Below the pieces are notes generated by a model. That model had not been told where the DNA came from, made no database searches, and was given only the letters and a program-made list of their open reading frames with translations. 64,000 nt of DNA from Clostridiales bacterium (GTDB taxonomy: Bacteria; Bacillota; Clostridia; Christensenellales; CAG-917). The number at the start of each line of letters is the position of its first letter. Positions within the stretch are counted from its first letter, which is position 1. Shown in pieces: positions 52,462 to 62,285 of the stretch. The DNA lies in contig CP091734.1 of the NCBI GenBank assembly GCA_022009995.1, positions 1,089,200 to 1,153,199 on the forward strand, written 5' to 3'. Made by a program: the position numbers and the translations under genes.

Positions 52462-53387
52462 ATGAAGTTTGAACTGAAACTTTTGGACTGGTGGTGGAAC
52501 AAACAAGTCTTAAAAAGCGACCAAAAACGCGCGGCAAAACTCACGAAAACCACGGGCGTGTCCGCGATAAAAGACCTTGATTATTTCGGCGACGGCAGCA
52601 AATGGCACCTTATGGACGTGTATCGTCCAAATGGCACGGAAAACGAAAAACTGCCCGTAATAATCGATATTCACGGCGGTGGCTGGATGTACGGCGACAA
52701 GGATCTGAACGCGCCGTATTGCGAAGCGCTTGCAAAACGCGGTTTCGTAGTCGTGAGTTTTTCGTACAGTCTGTTTCCGAGCGTGACTTTGCCCGTCCCC
52801 GTGCAGGAGATTTTCAGGGCGATAAACTTCGTTTACGACAACGCCGAAAGGTTTAATATCGACCTTAACAACGCCTTTATCACGGGCGACAGCGCAGGCG
52901 GGCATTACGCAGGACTTGTACTTTCGATTATCGCGGACGAAGAACTTGAAAAACTTTACGAGGTCGAAAAATGTCGTATGACTTTCAAGGGGGTTGCGTT
53001 TACCTGCGCCGCGTTTTATCCGAACTCGATTGCGAATTTCCCTGTGCACCTTGCAAAGACGTACGTCGGGCTGTTTTACGGCGGGGCGAAGAAATATGAA
53101 AAGCACAAGTTTTATAAAAGCGTCGATATAATCAACAATAAGGTGGAAAAGTTCCCGCCGATGTTCATCAACAGTTGCTTCAACGATATGTTGAAGGGCG
53201 ATACGAACAGGTTTATCGAATGTTTGGACAGAAAGAAAATCCCGTATACCCTCGATTTCCCGACGTCGGACGAGTGCGAAACAAAATGGGACACGTTTAC
53301 GCCGTTTTGTATCCCGAAGATTGGGACGAAAGCAAAAAAACAATCGACAAAACGTGCGAGTTTTTCAAAGAGCAGATGAACAAATAA
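52462..53387 (+). CDS. Alpha/beta hydrolase (esterase/lipase, Abhydrolase_3-like); frameshift ~53282
   Basis: HGGGW oxyanion motif and nucleophile elbow GDSAGG. The C-terminal ..NKMGHVYAVLYPEDWDESKK..EQMNK is in the frame of ORF 53175-53387. Confidence 0.8.
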
Positions 53388-53407
53388 AATCAAACGGAAT
53401 AATTGAC

Positions 53408-53721
53408 AAAAAAACGGCGACGAGCGAAAGCCCGTCGCTTTGTTTTCAAAAAACTGCGCAACCGTAACCTGACAATTTGCACCGAAGTGATACAAAAACA
53501 GGTAACTCCTTCAAGGTAACCTCGTGGCACACGCCGTTAACCGCTTAATGCTGCTGCGGTCAAGCTCTGACATGGTTCACGGGACGACATTGCACAAGAC
53601 CTTGATATCAACGTCCCTTATTTTTGCCGACCAACCATACAAAAGGCCGCATACGGCATTCAGCCCCGCATATAGAGGGTTTCGGATTACAGGGTACCCC
53701 TAGTCCCCCGCCTAGCGCAGT
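53408..53721 (-). ncRNA. ffs: Signal recognition particle RNA, large (Bacillus-type, with Alu domain), including its terminator
   Basis: On the minus strand, the Alu-domain motif CCUGUAAUCC follows the hairpin CUAG-GCGGGGGA-CUAG. Domain IV-like GUCAGAGC..CCGCAGCAGCAUUAAGCGG..GGCGUGUGCC compares with E. coli GUCAGGUCCGGAAGGAAGCAGCCAAGG..GCGUGUGCC. The 5' CUGCGC pairs with the 3' GCGCAG. Terminator GCGACG/CGTCGC plus T7. Confidence 0.72.
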
Positions 53722-53727
53722 AAGCGT

Positions 53728-53756
53728 ATTGTACCACCAACGCGCGACAAAGTCAA
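53728..53756 (-). promoter_or_regulatory. Sigma-A-type promoter of the SRP RNA gene
   Basis: Minus strand TTGACT (53756-53751), 17 nt spacer, TACAAT (53733-53728). Confidence 0.7.
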
Positions 53757-53774
53757 GAAAAAGTTAATTGTTGT

Positions 53775-54056
53775 ATGCCAACAGATAATAATACGAACTT
53801 AGGTTTTACGCCGTGTTTTTGATTAATACTGCGTTACGCTCACGGCTTATACGGTAAAGTATTAAGCCGCTCGCGTGCCTTGTCTTATCCTAAAAACACG
53901 ACGGAAAACTTGTTCACAACCGAAAACGCCGAGATTTCAGATGATTTTTGGAAAAGGCAAACGCAGTTGTACTGTATGTACTACAAGCGCGCCTTTTTCA
54001 TAAAAGCGTTGAAATATCGGCGTTTTGGCAACGTTCGTATTATTATCTGTTGGCAT
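53775..54056. repeat. Perfect 24-bp inverted repeat pair flanking a 234-bp structured segment (candidate inverton or MITE)
   Basis: ATGCCAACAGATAATAATACGAAC at 53775-53798 is the exact reverse complement of 54033-54056. Nested imperfect inverted repeats at 53803-53820/53892-53909 and 53920-53932/54017-54028. Confidence 0.85.
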
Positions 54057-54059
54057 AGG

Positions 54060-54089
54060 TTGACTGAAAGACGAAAAATGTTGTATCAT
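54060..54089 (+). promoter_or_regulatory. Putative promoter abutting the right inverted repeat; predicted start site falls at the lipoprotein ATG
   Basis: TTGACT (54060-54065), 18 nt spacer, TATCAT (54084-54089). ATG at 54097 with no Shine-Dalgarno sequence upstream. Confidence 0.4.
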
Positions 54090-54096
54090 AAATAAT

Positions 54097-55751
54097 ATGA
54101 AAAATAAAAAGTTGATTTTAATTTTAATTGCGACGATTACGGTTATCGCGGCGGCAACCGTCCTTTCTGCGTGCGACAAAAATAAGGGCGAGTTCGTGGA
54201 CGTCGGTATCGAGTTGTATTCCGCAAAGCAATATTACGTCGAGGGCGAATCTTTCACGCCCGAAGGCGGCGTCCTTAAAGTTTACTCTTACAACGAAAAA
54301 ACGAAGGAAGAAAAATACCGCTTCGTCGATCTTACCGACAAGGACGTTACCCTTGAAAACACGACGGGAGCGCGCGTCGATACGTACACCGTTACCGCAA
54401 GATACAAAGGGCTTTCGACGCGATTCAAGTATATCGTGCAAAAAGAAGAAAACGCCGTTGCGAGTGTTGATTTTGTGCTGTCGGAAGACCACGGCGCGCC
54501 TGTGTATTCGGTGTCGGATATTCGCAGTGAAATCGATTTCGGACTTTATCGGTATGAAATTTGTGATAAAGTACCGTAATACGGAAAAACAAGACGAAGA
54601 AGTTCCGCTTTGGGACGAGAACAGTTATAGATTTTACGACCTTTCTTACAGCGGTTTCGACGTCAAAACGGCAGGGGAAAAAAACATTACTTTCACCTGC
54701 ATCGCGACCGACGTCGTGCTGCCGTATAAGGTGACCGAAGACGACTTCGTTTACGACTTCGAATTCGTGAAATACGATAAAGAAAAAAAGGAATACGTTT
54801 CCGTCAAAAAAGAAGACAGCGTGAGAAGAAATTACCTTGTCGGCGAAAAGTTTGACGCGCAGAATACGAAAATCAGATATATTTACAAATCGCTGAAAAA
54901 AGCGGAGCCCGTCGATATTTCCGAAAGTCAAATTTCAGGTTTTGATACGACGACGGCTTCCGACAAAAAAATGTTTATTCTTTCGTTGCTCACGGGGGTT
55001 GAAACGTTTAATTATTCGGTATTCGAAGAAACCGCCGTCAAAGGCGTTACGCTGAACAACAAAGATTTCGCAGCCCACGCCCGGATTCAACGACGTATGG
55101 ACGGAAAAAACGAAAGGCGAATGGAAGTCGTACGAAGAGTATATCGCCGCCATAAAACTGTGCCTCGTTCTGGACGAAGACAGCAAGCAATACGTACCCG
55201 TGACGGGCGCGGACGAAGATATTATTTTGTATTACGTCACCCCCGACGAACAAGACCTGAGCCTCAAAAAGGAATTCACGAAAGAAGTTTTTGACAAACT
55301 CAAAAAGACGGAGTGCGAATACGAAATAATTGCGGTTTATCGGAAAAATCCCGAAGTGTACGCAAGGAGAATCTTCTTTACCGTGAAAAACTTTATCACG
55401 GGCATAGATTTTGTAAATCTGAACGTTGAAAATCTCACGTTCACGGAAGGCGACGCGTTCAGCTTCGGCGAAGCAACCGCAACAGTGCATTACGCCGACG
55501 GAAAGACCAAAACCGTAAGGTTGCAGGACGAATACGAAAAATCCGACGAAAACGAAAGGCTGATACGAATGAAAAACCTGAAAGCGGTCGAGGCGAAAAC
55601 GTTCGATATGAGCGCAGGCGAGCATAAAAACCAATATTATATCACTGCAAATATCGACGTTTCAGATTACGACGTTACCGTGAACGGCGAAAAATTTGTC
55701 GAAGACAACGGATTCAGGATTTATATAAGTTACGTCGTGCAAAAAGCGTAA
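54097..55751 (+). CDS. Surface lipoprotein (~551 aa) with bacterial Ig-like repeat character; two apparent frameshifts (~54543, ~55075)
   Basis: Signal MKNKKLILILIATITVIAAATVLSAC. Repeated ..Y(Y/L)VGE(S/K)F(T/D)..G..(L/I)(K/R)V.Y.. modules. Three ORF fragments (54097, 54128-frame, 55200) join continuously. Confidence 0.6.
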
Positions 55752-55771
55752 ATCAAAAAAAATTTTTCAGG

Positions 55772-55798
55772 GGCGAAGGCAAAGGCTTTCGCCTTTTT
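55772..55798 (+). terminator. Rho-independent terminator
   Basis: GGCGAA...TTCGCC stem followed by TTTTT. Confidence 0.65.
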
Positions 55799-55810
55799 CG
55801 CGCGCTTTTC

Positions 55811-55839
55811 TTGACAATTCATAATATATTTTCTATAAT
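55811..55839 (+). promoter_or_regulatory. Consensus sigma-A promoter of ileS (short leader, no T-box)
   Basis: TTGACA (55811-55816), 17 nt spacer, TATAAT (55834-55839). Only ~27 nt of leader before ATG 55873. Confidence 0.75.
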
Positions 55840-55872
55840 GTCTTGAAATATATAAATTATTGAGGTTTTTCA

Positions 55873-58800
55873 ATGTACAAAAAAGTTGACAACGGTCTTG
55901 ATTTTGTGGCGCGCGAAAAGGAAGTTCTGGACTTCTGGAAGGAAAACCACATCTTTGAAAAAAGCGTCGAAAAAAACGTCGGCAATCCCGAGTTTTCGTT
56001 TTTCGACGGTCCGCCTACGGCAAACGGACGTCCCCACATCGGGCATATTCTCACCCGCGTTATGAAGGATATTATTCCCCGCTATAAGACGATGAAAGGT
56101 TATCACGTTTAAGGAAAGCGGGCTGGGATACTCACGGTCTTCCCGTCGAACTCGAAGTGGAAAAACAACTGCACATCGACGGCAAACAGGAAATCGAAAA
56201 GTACGGTATCGAGCCGTTCATCAAGCAGTGCAAAGAAAGCGTATGGAAATATAAACACGAATGGGAAGTCATGTCCGACCGCGTCGGTTACTGGGCGGAT
56301 ATGGAAAACCCCTACGTCACCTACGACGACAATTATATCGAGTCGGTGTGGTGGAGCCTGAAAGAAATCGACAAAAAAGGACTTTTATACAAAGGCTATA
56401 AAATCGTTCCTTACTGCCCGCGTTGCGGCACGGCTTTGTCAAGCCACGAGGTCGCGCAGGGATACAAGGACGTCAAAGAACGTTCTGTTTTCGTAAGGTT
56501 CAGGCTCGTTGACGAAGAAAACACGAGTTTCCTTGCCTGGACGACCACCCCGTGGACGCTCCCCAGCAACGTCGCGCTTTGTATGAACGCGAAAGAAGAC
56601 TACGCCAAATCAAGGTCGGCGACGAATACTTCATTATGGCAAAGGCTCTTATCCCGTCCCTTTTCAAGGAGGACGAATACGAACTTGTCAGCGTGAAAAA
56701 GGGCAAGGATTACGAATATACGAAATATAAACCCCTTTTCGATTACGTCAAAGACACGTCGAAGGGCTGGTTTGTTACGAACGCCGATTACGTCACTCTT
56801 ACCGACGGTACCGGCGTCGTACACATCGCGCCCGCATTCGGCGAAGACGACGCGCAGGTCGGCAGACGTTACGACTTGCCTTTTGTGAAATTCGTGGACG
56901 ACCGCGGCAGACTCACCGACGACGTTTACGACTTCAAAGGTCTTTTCGTGAAAGACGCCGATCGTCCCATTATCATGAAACTGAACGAAACGGGATTGCT
57001 GTTCAAGGATATGCTTTACGAACACAGTTACCCGTTCTGCTGGCGTTGCGACACCCCGCTTATTTATTACGCACGCGAAAGCTGGTTCATTAAGATGACG
57101 GCAGTTCGCGACGAACTTATGAAACGCAATCTGTCGGTCAACTGGATGCCGCCGACAATCGCGACGGGACGTATGGGCAACTTCATCGAAAACGTCATCG
57201 ACTGGGGCATCAGCCGCGAACGTTACTGGGGCACGCCGCTTCCCATCTGGATTTGCGACAAGTGCGGACATAAACACGTCGTCGGCAGCCGCGAAGAACT
57301 TTGCAAACTCGGCGGGCTTGAAAAAGCACCCGAACTTCATAAACCTTATATCGACGAGGTCACGTTCACGTGTCCCGAATGCGGCGGCGTAATGCACCGC
57401 GTTCCCGAAGTGCTGGATTGCTGGTACGACAGCGGCAGCATGCCTTTCGCGCAGTGGCACTATCCGTTTGAAAACAAGGAAATTTTCGACGAAGTGTACC
57501 CCGCCGACTTTATTTCGGAAGCAATCGACCAGACTCGCGGTTGGTTCTATACATTGCTTGCGATTTCGACGCTTCTGTTCGACAAGGCAAGTTTCAAAAA
57601 CTGCATAGTTTTAGGACACGTCAACGACAAAGACGGCATCAAAATGAGCAAGCATAAGGGCAACGTCGTCGATCCGTTCAGTGTGCTCGACAAGCAAGGT
57701 GCGGACGCCGTGAGATGGCATTTCTATACGTCAAGCGCACCCTGGCTTCCTTCGAGGTTCTATCCCGAAGCCGTCAGTGAGTCGCAGCGTAAATTCATGG
57801 GCACGCTCTGGAACACCTATGCGTTCTTTGTACTTTACGCCGATATCGACAAGTTCGATCCGACGAAATACAACCTTAAAGATTGCAAACTGTCGGTCAT
57901 GGACAGATGGGTGCTTTCGGGGCTCAACAGCCTTATCAAATATGTGGACGACTGTCTGAACGAATATAAGATTTTTGAAAGCGCAAGGAAGATTCAGGAC
58001 TTCGTGGACGAACTTTCCAACTGGTACGTCCGTCGCGGTCGAGAAAGATACTGGGGAAGCGAAATGTCCGACGACAAAATCGCCGCGTATATGACGCTTT
58101 ACACCGTCCTTACCGAACTGTCGAAACTCATCGCGCCGTACACCCCGTTTATGGCGGAAAGCATTTATCAGAACCTTGTCAGGTCGTTTGACAAAAACGC
58201 GCCCGAAAGCGTGCATCTGACCTCGTTCCCCGTGGCGGACGAAAGTTTCATCGACACCGCGCTCGAAGACGGCATGGAAGAAGTTATCCGCGTTGTCGTT
58301 TTGGGACGCGCCGCAAGAAATCAGGCGAACATCAAAAACCGCCAGCCCTTGCAGAAACTGTATGTGACCGGCGTTGAATTCGACGACGAACTGAAAGCCC
58401 TCGTTTCAGACGAAATTAACGTGAAAGAAGTGCTTAACGCGTCGGGCGAACAGGACTTCGTAACGTACGAAATCAAGCCGCAACTCAAAACGATCGGTCC
58501 GAAATACGGAAAACTTTTGGGCAAAATCAAGGAGCATCTTGCGAATGCCGACGGAAAAGCAATCGTGAACGCAGTCGCAACCGGCACGTATAAGGTCGAT
58601 ATCGACGGCACGGAAGTCGAGTTCTCAAAGGACGATATTCTCGTGTCCGTGAAAAACAAGGAAGGTTTCAGCAGCGAAGTCGACGGCGATATTTCGGTAA
58701 TCCTCGACACCGCGCTCACCGCCGAACTTATCGAAGAAGGCGCAATGCGTGAAATCGTCTCCAAAATCCAGACGATGAGAAAGGAAGCGGGCTTTGAAGT

Positions 58801-58981
58801 TACCGACCATATCACGCTCGGGTTCAAAACGGATTCCGCGCTCCTTAAAAAGATTATGAACGACAACACGACGGTCAGAAACGCCGTCCTTGCCGACGAA
58901 GTCAGAAACGATATCGACGGCTACACGAAAGAATGGGACATCGGCGACGATAAAATCACGCTGTCCGTCAAAAAGAAATAA
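55873..58981 (+). CDS. ileS: Isoleucine--tRNA ligase (~1036 aa, probably type 2); two apparent frameshifts (~56105 T-run, ~56608 A-run)
   Basis: HIGH motif [17 protein letters not shown] motif [12 protein letters not shown], editing and anticodon-binding regions. Three ORF fragments join when one base is added to each run. Confidence 0.95.
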
Positions 58982-59844
58982 TGCAAGTCAATTCCGAGTG
59001 GAAAGATTACGAGGTCATCGCAACCGGCGACGGCAATAAGCTGGAAAGGTGGGGCAAATACGTTTTGCTTCGTCCCGATCCGCAGGTCATCTGGCCCGAA
59101 TCTTTCCCCCTTGAAAACTACAAAGGTCTGACGGCAAAGTACGTGAGAAGCGCGACGGGCGGCGGCCATTGGGAATACCTGGAACCCATGCCCGAAAACT
59201 TCACCGTGAGTTGGCGCAATCTTACGTTCAAATTGAAACTTATGGGTTTCAAACATACGGGGCTTTTCCCGGAGCAGGCGGTAAACTGGGCGAAAATGAT
59301 CGACCTTATCAAAAACGCCGGAAGACCCGTTAAAGTTCTGAACCTGTTTGCCTATACCGGCGGCGCGACGGTTGCGTGTGCGTCGGCGGGCGCGGAAGTT
59401 ACCCACGTCGACAGCGCGAAAGCGATGGTCGAAAGGGCGGGCGAAAACGTACGCTTGTCGGGACTTACCGACGCAAAAGTCAGATATATCATCGACGATT
59501 GCTTAAAATTCGTCCGTCGCGAAATAAAGCGTGGCAGGAAGTACGACGCAATCATCATGGACCCGCCGAGTTTCGGCAGAGGTCCTGGCGGCGAAATGTG
59601 GAAAATCGAGGACAATCTGTTTTCGCTCATCAGGGAAACGAAAGAAGTTTTGTCGGACAATCCGCTTTTTTATCTTCTCAACAGTTACACGACGGGGCTT
59701 CAACCCACCGTTATGGCAAATATGCTGAAACTCGGGCTGAATACGTCGAAAAACGCAGTAATTACCGCCGACGAAATCGGTCTGAATACCAGGGAGGAGG
59801 GTATCGTCTTGCCAGCAGGCGCAAGCGCCCTTGCGATATTTTAA
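58981..59844 (+). CDS. Class I SAM-dependent methyltransferase (RlmI/RlmK-like Methyltrans_SAM family)
   Basis: ..VLNLFAYTGGATVA..(SAM motif I), ..DAIIMDPPSFGRG.. (motif IV DPP). Confidence 0.75.
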   Translation: MQVNSEWKDYEVIATGDGNKLERWGKYVLLRPDPQVIWPESFPLENYKGLTAKYVRSATGGGHWEYLEPMPENFTVSWRNLTFKLKLMGFKHTGLFPEQAVNWAKMIDLIKNAGRPVKVLNLFAYTGGATVACASAGAEVTHVDSAKAMVERAGENVRLSGLTDAKVRYIIDDCLKFVRREIKRGRKYDAIIMDPPSFGRGPGGEMWKIEDNLFSLIRETKEVLSDNPLFYLLNSYTTGLQPTVMANMLKLGLNTSKNAVITADEIGLNTREEGIVLPAGASALAIF

Positions 59845-60596
59845 TGGAAAACAATGCAATCAAAGAATATCAAGGCGTAAAAATTATTTACGAAGACAAC
59901 CATATTCTCGTTGCGGTGAAGCCGCAAAATATGCCGTCGCAGGAAGACGAGTCGAAAGATCCCGATATTCTTTCGATTCTGAAAAATTATCTGAAAGAAA
60001 CTTACGATAAGCCCGGCGACGCGTATCTCGGGCTTGTGCACAGACTCGACAGAGTTACGGGCGGCGTTATGGTTTTCGCAAAAACGTCAAAGGCGGCGGC
60101 AAGACTGTCGGAGGCAATCCGCGAAGGCGAGTTTGAAAAAACTTATCTTGCGGTCGTTTACGATACGCCCAAAGAAAAACAGGCGGTGCTTGTAAATCAC
60201 CTGAAAAAGGATCCGAAAAGCAATACCGTCCGCGTCGTCCCGGAAGTCACCGAAGGCGCAAAATATGCGGAACTTACTTATAAAGTGTTCGAGTCCATCG
60301 GGAAACTTTCGCTTGTCGGCGTGAAACTTGCAACCGGCAGAAGTCATCAGATCCGCGTGCAGATGGCGCATATCGGAAACCCCATCGTCGGCGATATGCG
60401 ATACAGCGGAAATCGTCCGAAAGCGCAATGCAATCTCGCGCTATGGGCGGCGGAACTTCGTTTTAAGCACCCCACGCTCGACCAGACGATGGTATTCAAG
60501 GTTTCCCCGCCGGAAGACGAAAAACCCTGGAATTATTTTAATCTCGAACCTTTTTTCCGCGTCAGTGTGAAAGACGCTATGGCGGAAACGTTATAA
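59844..60596 (+). CDS. RluA-family pseudouridine synthase
   Basis: Catalytic motif LVHRLDRVTGGVMVFAK, then ..GRSHQIRVQMAHIGNPIVGD.. TAATG overlap with the upstream stop. Confidence 0.85.
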   Translation: MENNAIKEYQGVKIIYEDNHILVAVKPQNMPSQEDESKDPDILSILKNYLKETYDKPGDAYLGLVHRLDRVTGGVMVFAKTSKAAARLSEAIREGEFEKTYLAVVYDTPKEKQAVLVNHLKKDPKSNTVRVVPEVTEGAKYAELTYKVFESIGKLSLVGVKLATGRSHQIRVQMAHIGNPIVGDMRYSGNRPKAQCNLALWAAELRFKHPTLDQTMVFKVSPPEDEKPWNYFNLEPFFRVSVKDAMAETL

Positions 60597-60600
60597 ACCT

Positions 60601-62258
60601 ATGGAATTTATCGAAAACACTTTGGGCGGCGTCCTGGACGACCTCTCAAAACACAATCCGAACGGCTGGGCGGTAAGATATACCGACAGAAATTACTTCC
60701 GCACCTGGAAAGAACTTAACGACGAGGCGGATCTCATCGCGCGCGGCATGATGTCTTTGGGCGTCAAAAAGGGCGATCACGTCGCAATCTGGGCAACCAA
60801 CACTCCCGAATGGATTCTGACGTTGTTCGCGGCGGCGAAAATCGGTGCGGTGCTTGTAACCGTCAATACCAATTTCAAAATTTTTGAGTTGGAATACCTT
60901 TTGAGGCAGTCGGACACGAAACTTCTCGTGATGATCGGCGGATTCAAAAACAACGACTACGTCGCAACCGTGAACGAGCTTCTGCCCGAACTGAAAACGA
61001 CGTCCGGCGAAATCGAGTCGGAGCATCTGCCGTTTTTGAAACGCGTCGTTTTTGCAGGGAAAGAAACGCCCGAAGGTATGCTCAATTTTGAGGATTTGAA
61101 AATTCTTGGCGGCGATTTCCCCGTCGAAATTTACGAGGAAAACAAAAAAACTCTGAACACACACGACGTCGTGAATATGCAATATACCTCGGGCACGACA
61201 GGCTTTCCGAAGGGCGTAATGCTCACGCACTACAATATCCTGAACAACGGCAAAACCATCGGCGACGGTATGAAATTTACAAAAAACGACAAACTTTGCA
61301 TCACCGTTCCGTTTTTCCACTGCTTCGGACTTGTGCTTGCGATGATGGCGTGCATTACTCACGGCACGACGATGGTGCCCGTCGAAAGATACAGCCCCGT
61401 CCCCGTTATGAACGCAATCAGCGTCGAAAAATGCACGGCGGTGCACGGCGTACCCACGATGTTCATCGCAATGCTGGAACACGCGCAGTTCAATAACTTT
61501 GATTTTTCAAGCCTCAGAACGGGCATTATGGCAGGCTCGCCTTGTCCCATCGAAGTGATGAAAAAAGTCATCGACAAAATGAATATGCGCGAAATCGTCA
61601 TTGTTTTCGGACAGACCGAAGCGTCGCCCGGCTGCACGATGACGACGACTTCCGACAGCATCGACAAACGAGTAAACACGGTAGGGCGTGCGTTCCCGGG
61701 CGTCGAGTGCAAAATCATCGATCCGGAAAGTGGCGAAGAACTTCCGATAAACACCCCCGGCGAATTTTGTGCAAGGGGATACAATATAATGAAAGGGTAT
61801 TACAAAATGCCCGAAGCGACCGCGCAAGCCATCGACAAGGACGGCTGGTTGCATACCGGCGATTTGTGCACCGTGGACGAAGACGGATATTATAAGGTCG
61901 TCGGACGTATCAAAGATATGATTATCCGCGGCGGTGAAAATATTTATCCGAAAGAAATCGAGGAGTGCTTGTATACGTGTGACAAGGTTTCCGACGTGCA
62001 GGTCATCGGCGTGCCTTCCGAGGCGTACGGCGAAGAAGTCATGGCGTGCGTCATTCTGAAAGAGGGCGAAGAAATGACCGAAGAAGAAGTCAGGAATTCG
62101 TCGGCGCAAGAATGGCAAAACACAAGGTGCCGAGATACGTCAGGTTCGTGGACTCGTTCCCGACGAACGCGGCAGGCAAAATACAAAAATTCAAGATGCG
62201 TGAAGAAGCGATCGAGATTCTGAAACTGCAAACCGCCGCTTCAATCGAAACCGCATAA
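60601..62258 (+). CDS. AMP-dependent long/medium-chain fatty acid--CoA ligase (FadD-like); frameshift ~62098 in a T-run
   Basis: YTSGTTGFPKGVMLTH, ..GQTEASP.., ..LHTGD.., ..GRIKDMIIRGGENIYP.. The C-terminal ..KVPRYVRFVDSFPTNAAGKIQKF is in the frame of ORF 62046-62258. Confidence 0.85.
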
Positions 62259-62285
62259 CAAGGACTTTAAGGAGGAATTTCAGAG

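Noticed and set aside
53600-53700. tmRNA 5' end (GGGGCUGA...), a group II intron domain V-like GCCGUAUGCGGCC..., or RNase P, as identities for the 53.4-53.7 kb structured RNA
   Set aside because: There is no tRNA-like acceptor/CCA end and no tag reading frame. There is no GNRA-capped 34-nt domain V with the AGC triad. The GAGGAAAGUCC and ACAGAA RNase P motifs are absent. The Alu-type UGUAAU motif and the S-domain similarity fit SRP RNA instead.
53880-54095. 71-aa ORF (MSYPKNTTENLF...) inside the inverted-repeat-bounded segment
   Set aside because: It has no RBS, runs through the right inverted repeat and the downstream promoter, and has an implausible sequence. It is treated as non-coding.
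285-62258. Programmed ribosomal frameshifting, an alternative genetic code, or genuine genome decay as the explanation for the interrupted genes
   Set aside because: About 38 events cover unrelated genes and include essential ones. There are no shared slippery heptamer or stimulatory structures. Most are repaired by changing a homopolymer length by one. In-frame stop codons within otherwise conserved segments are not seen. Technical indel error is the simplest reading.
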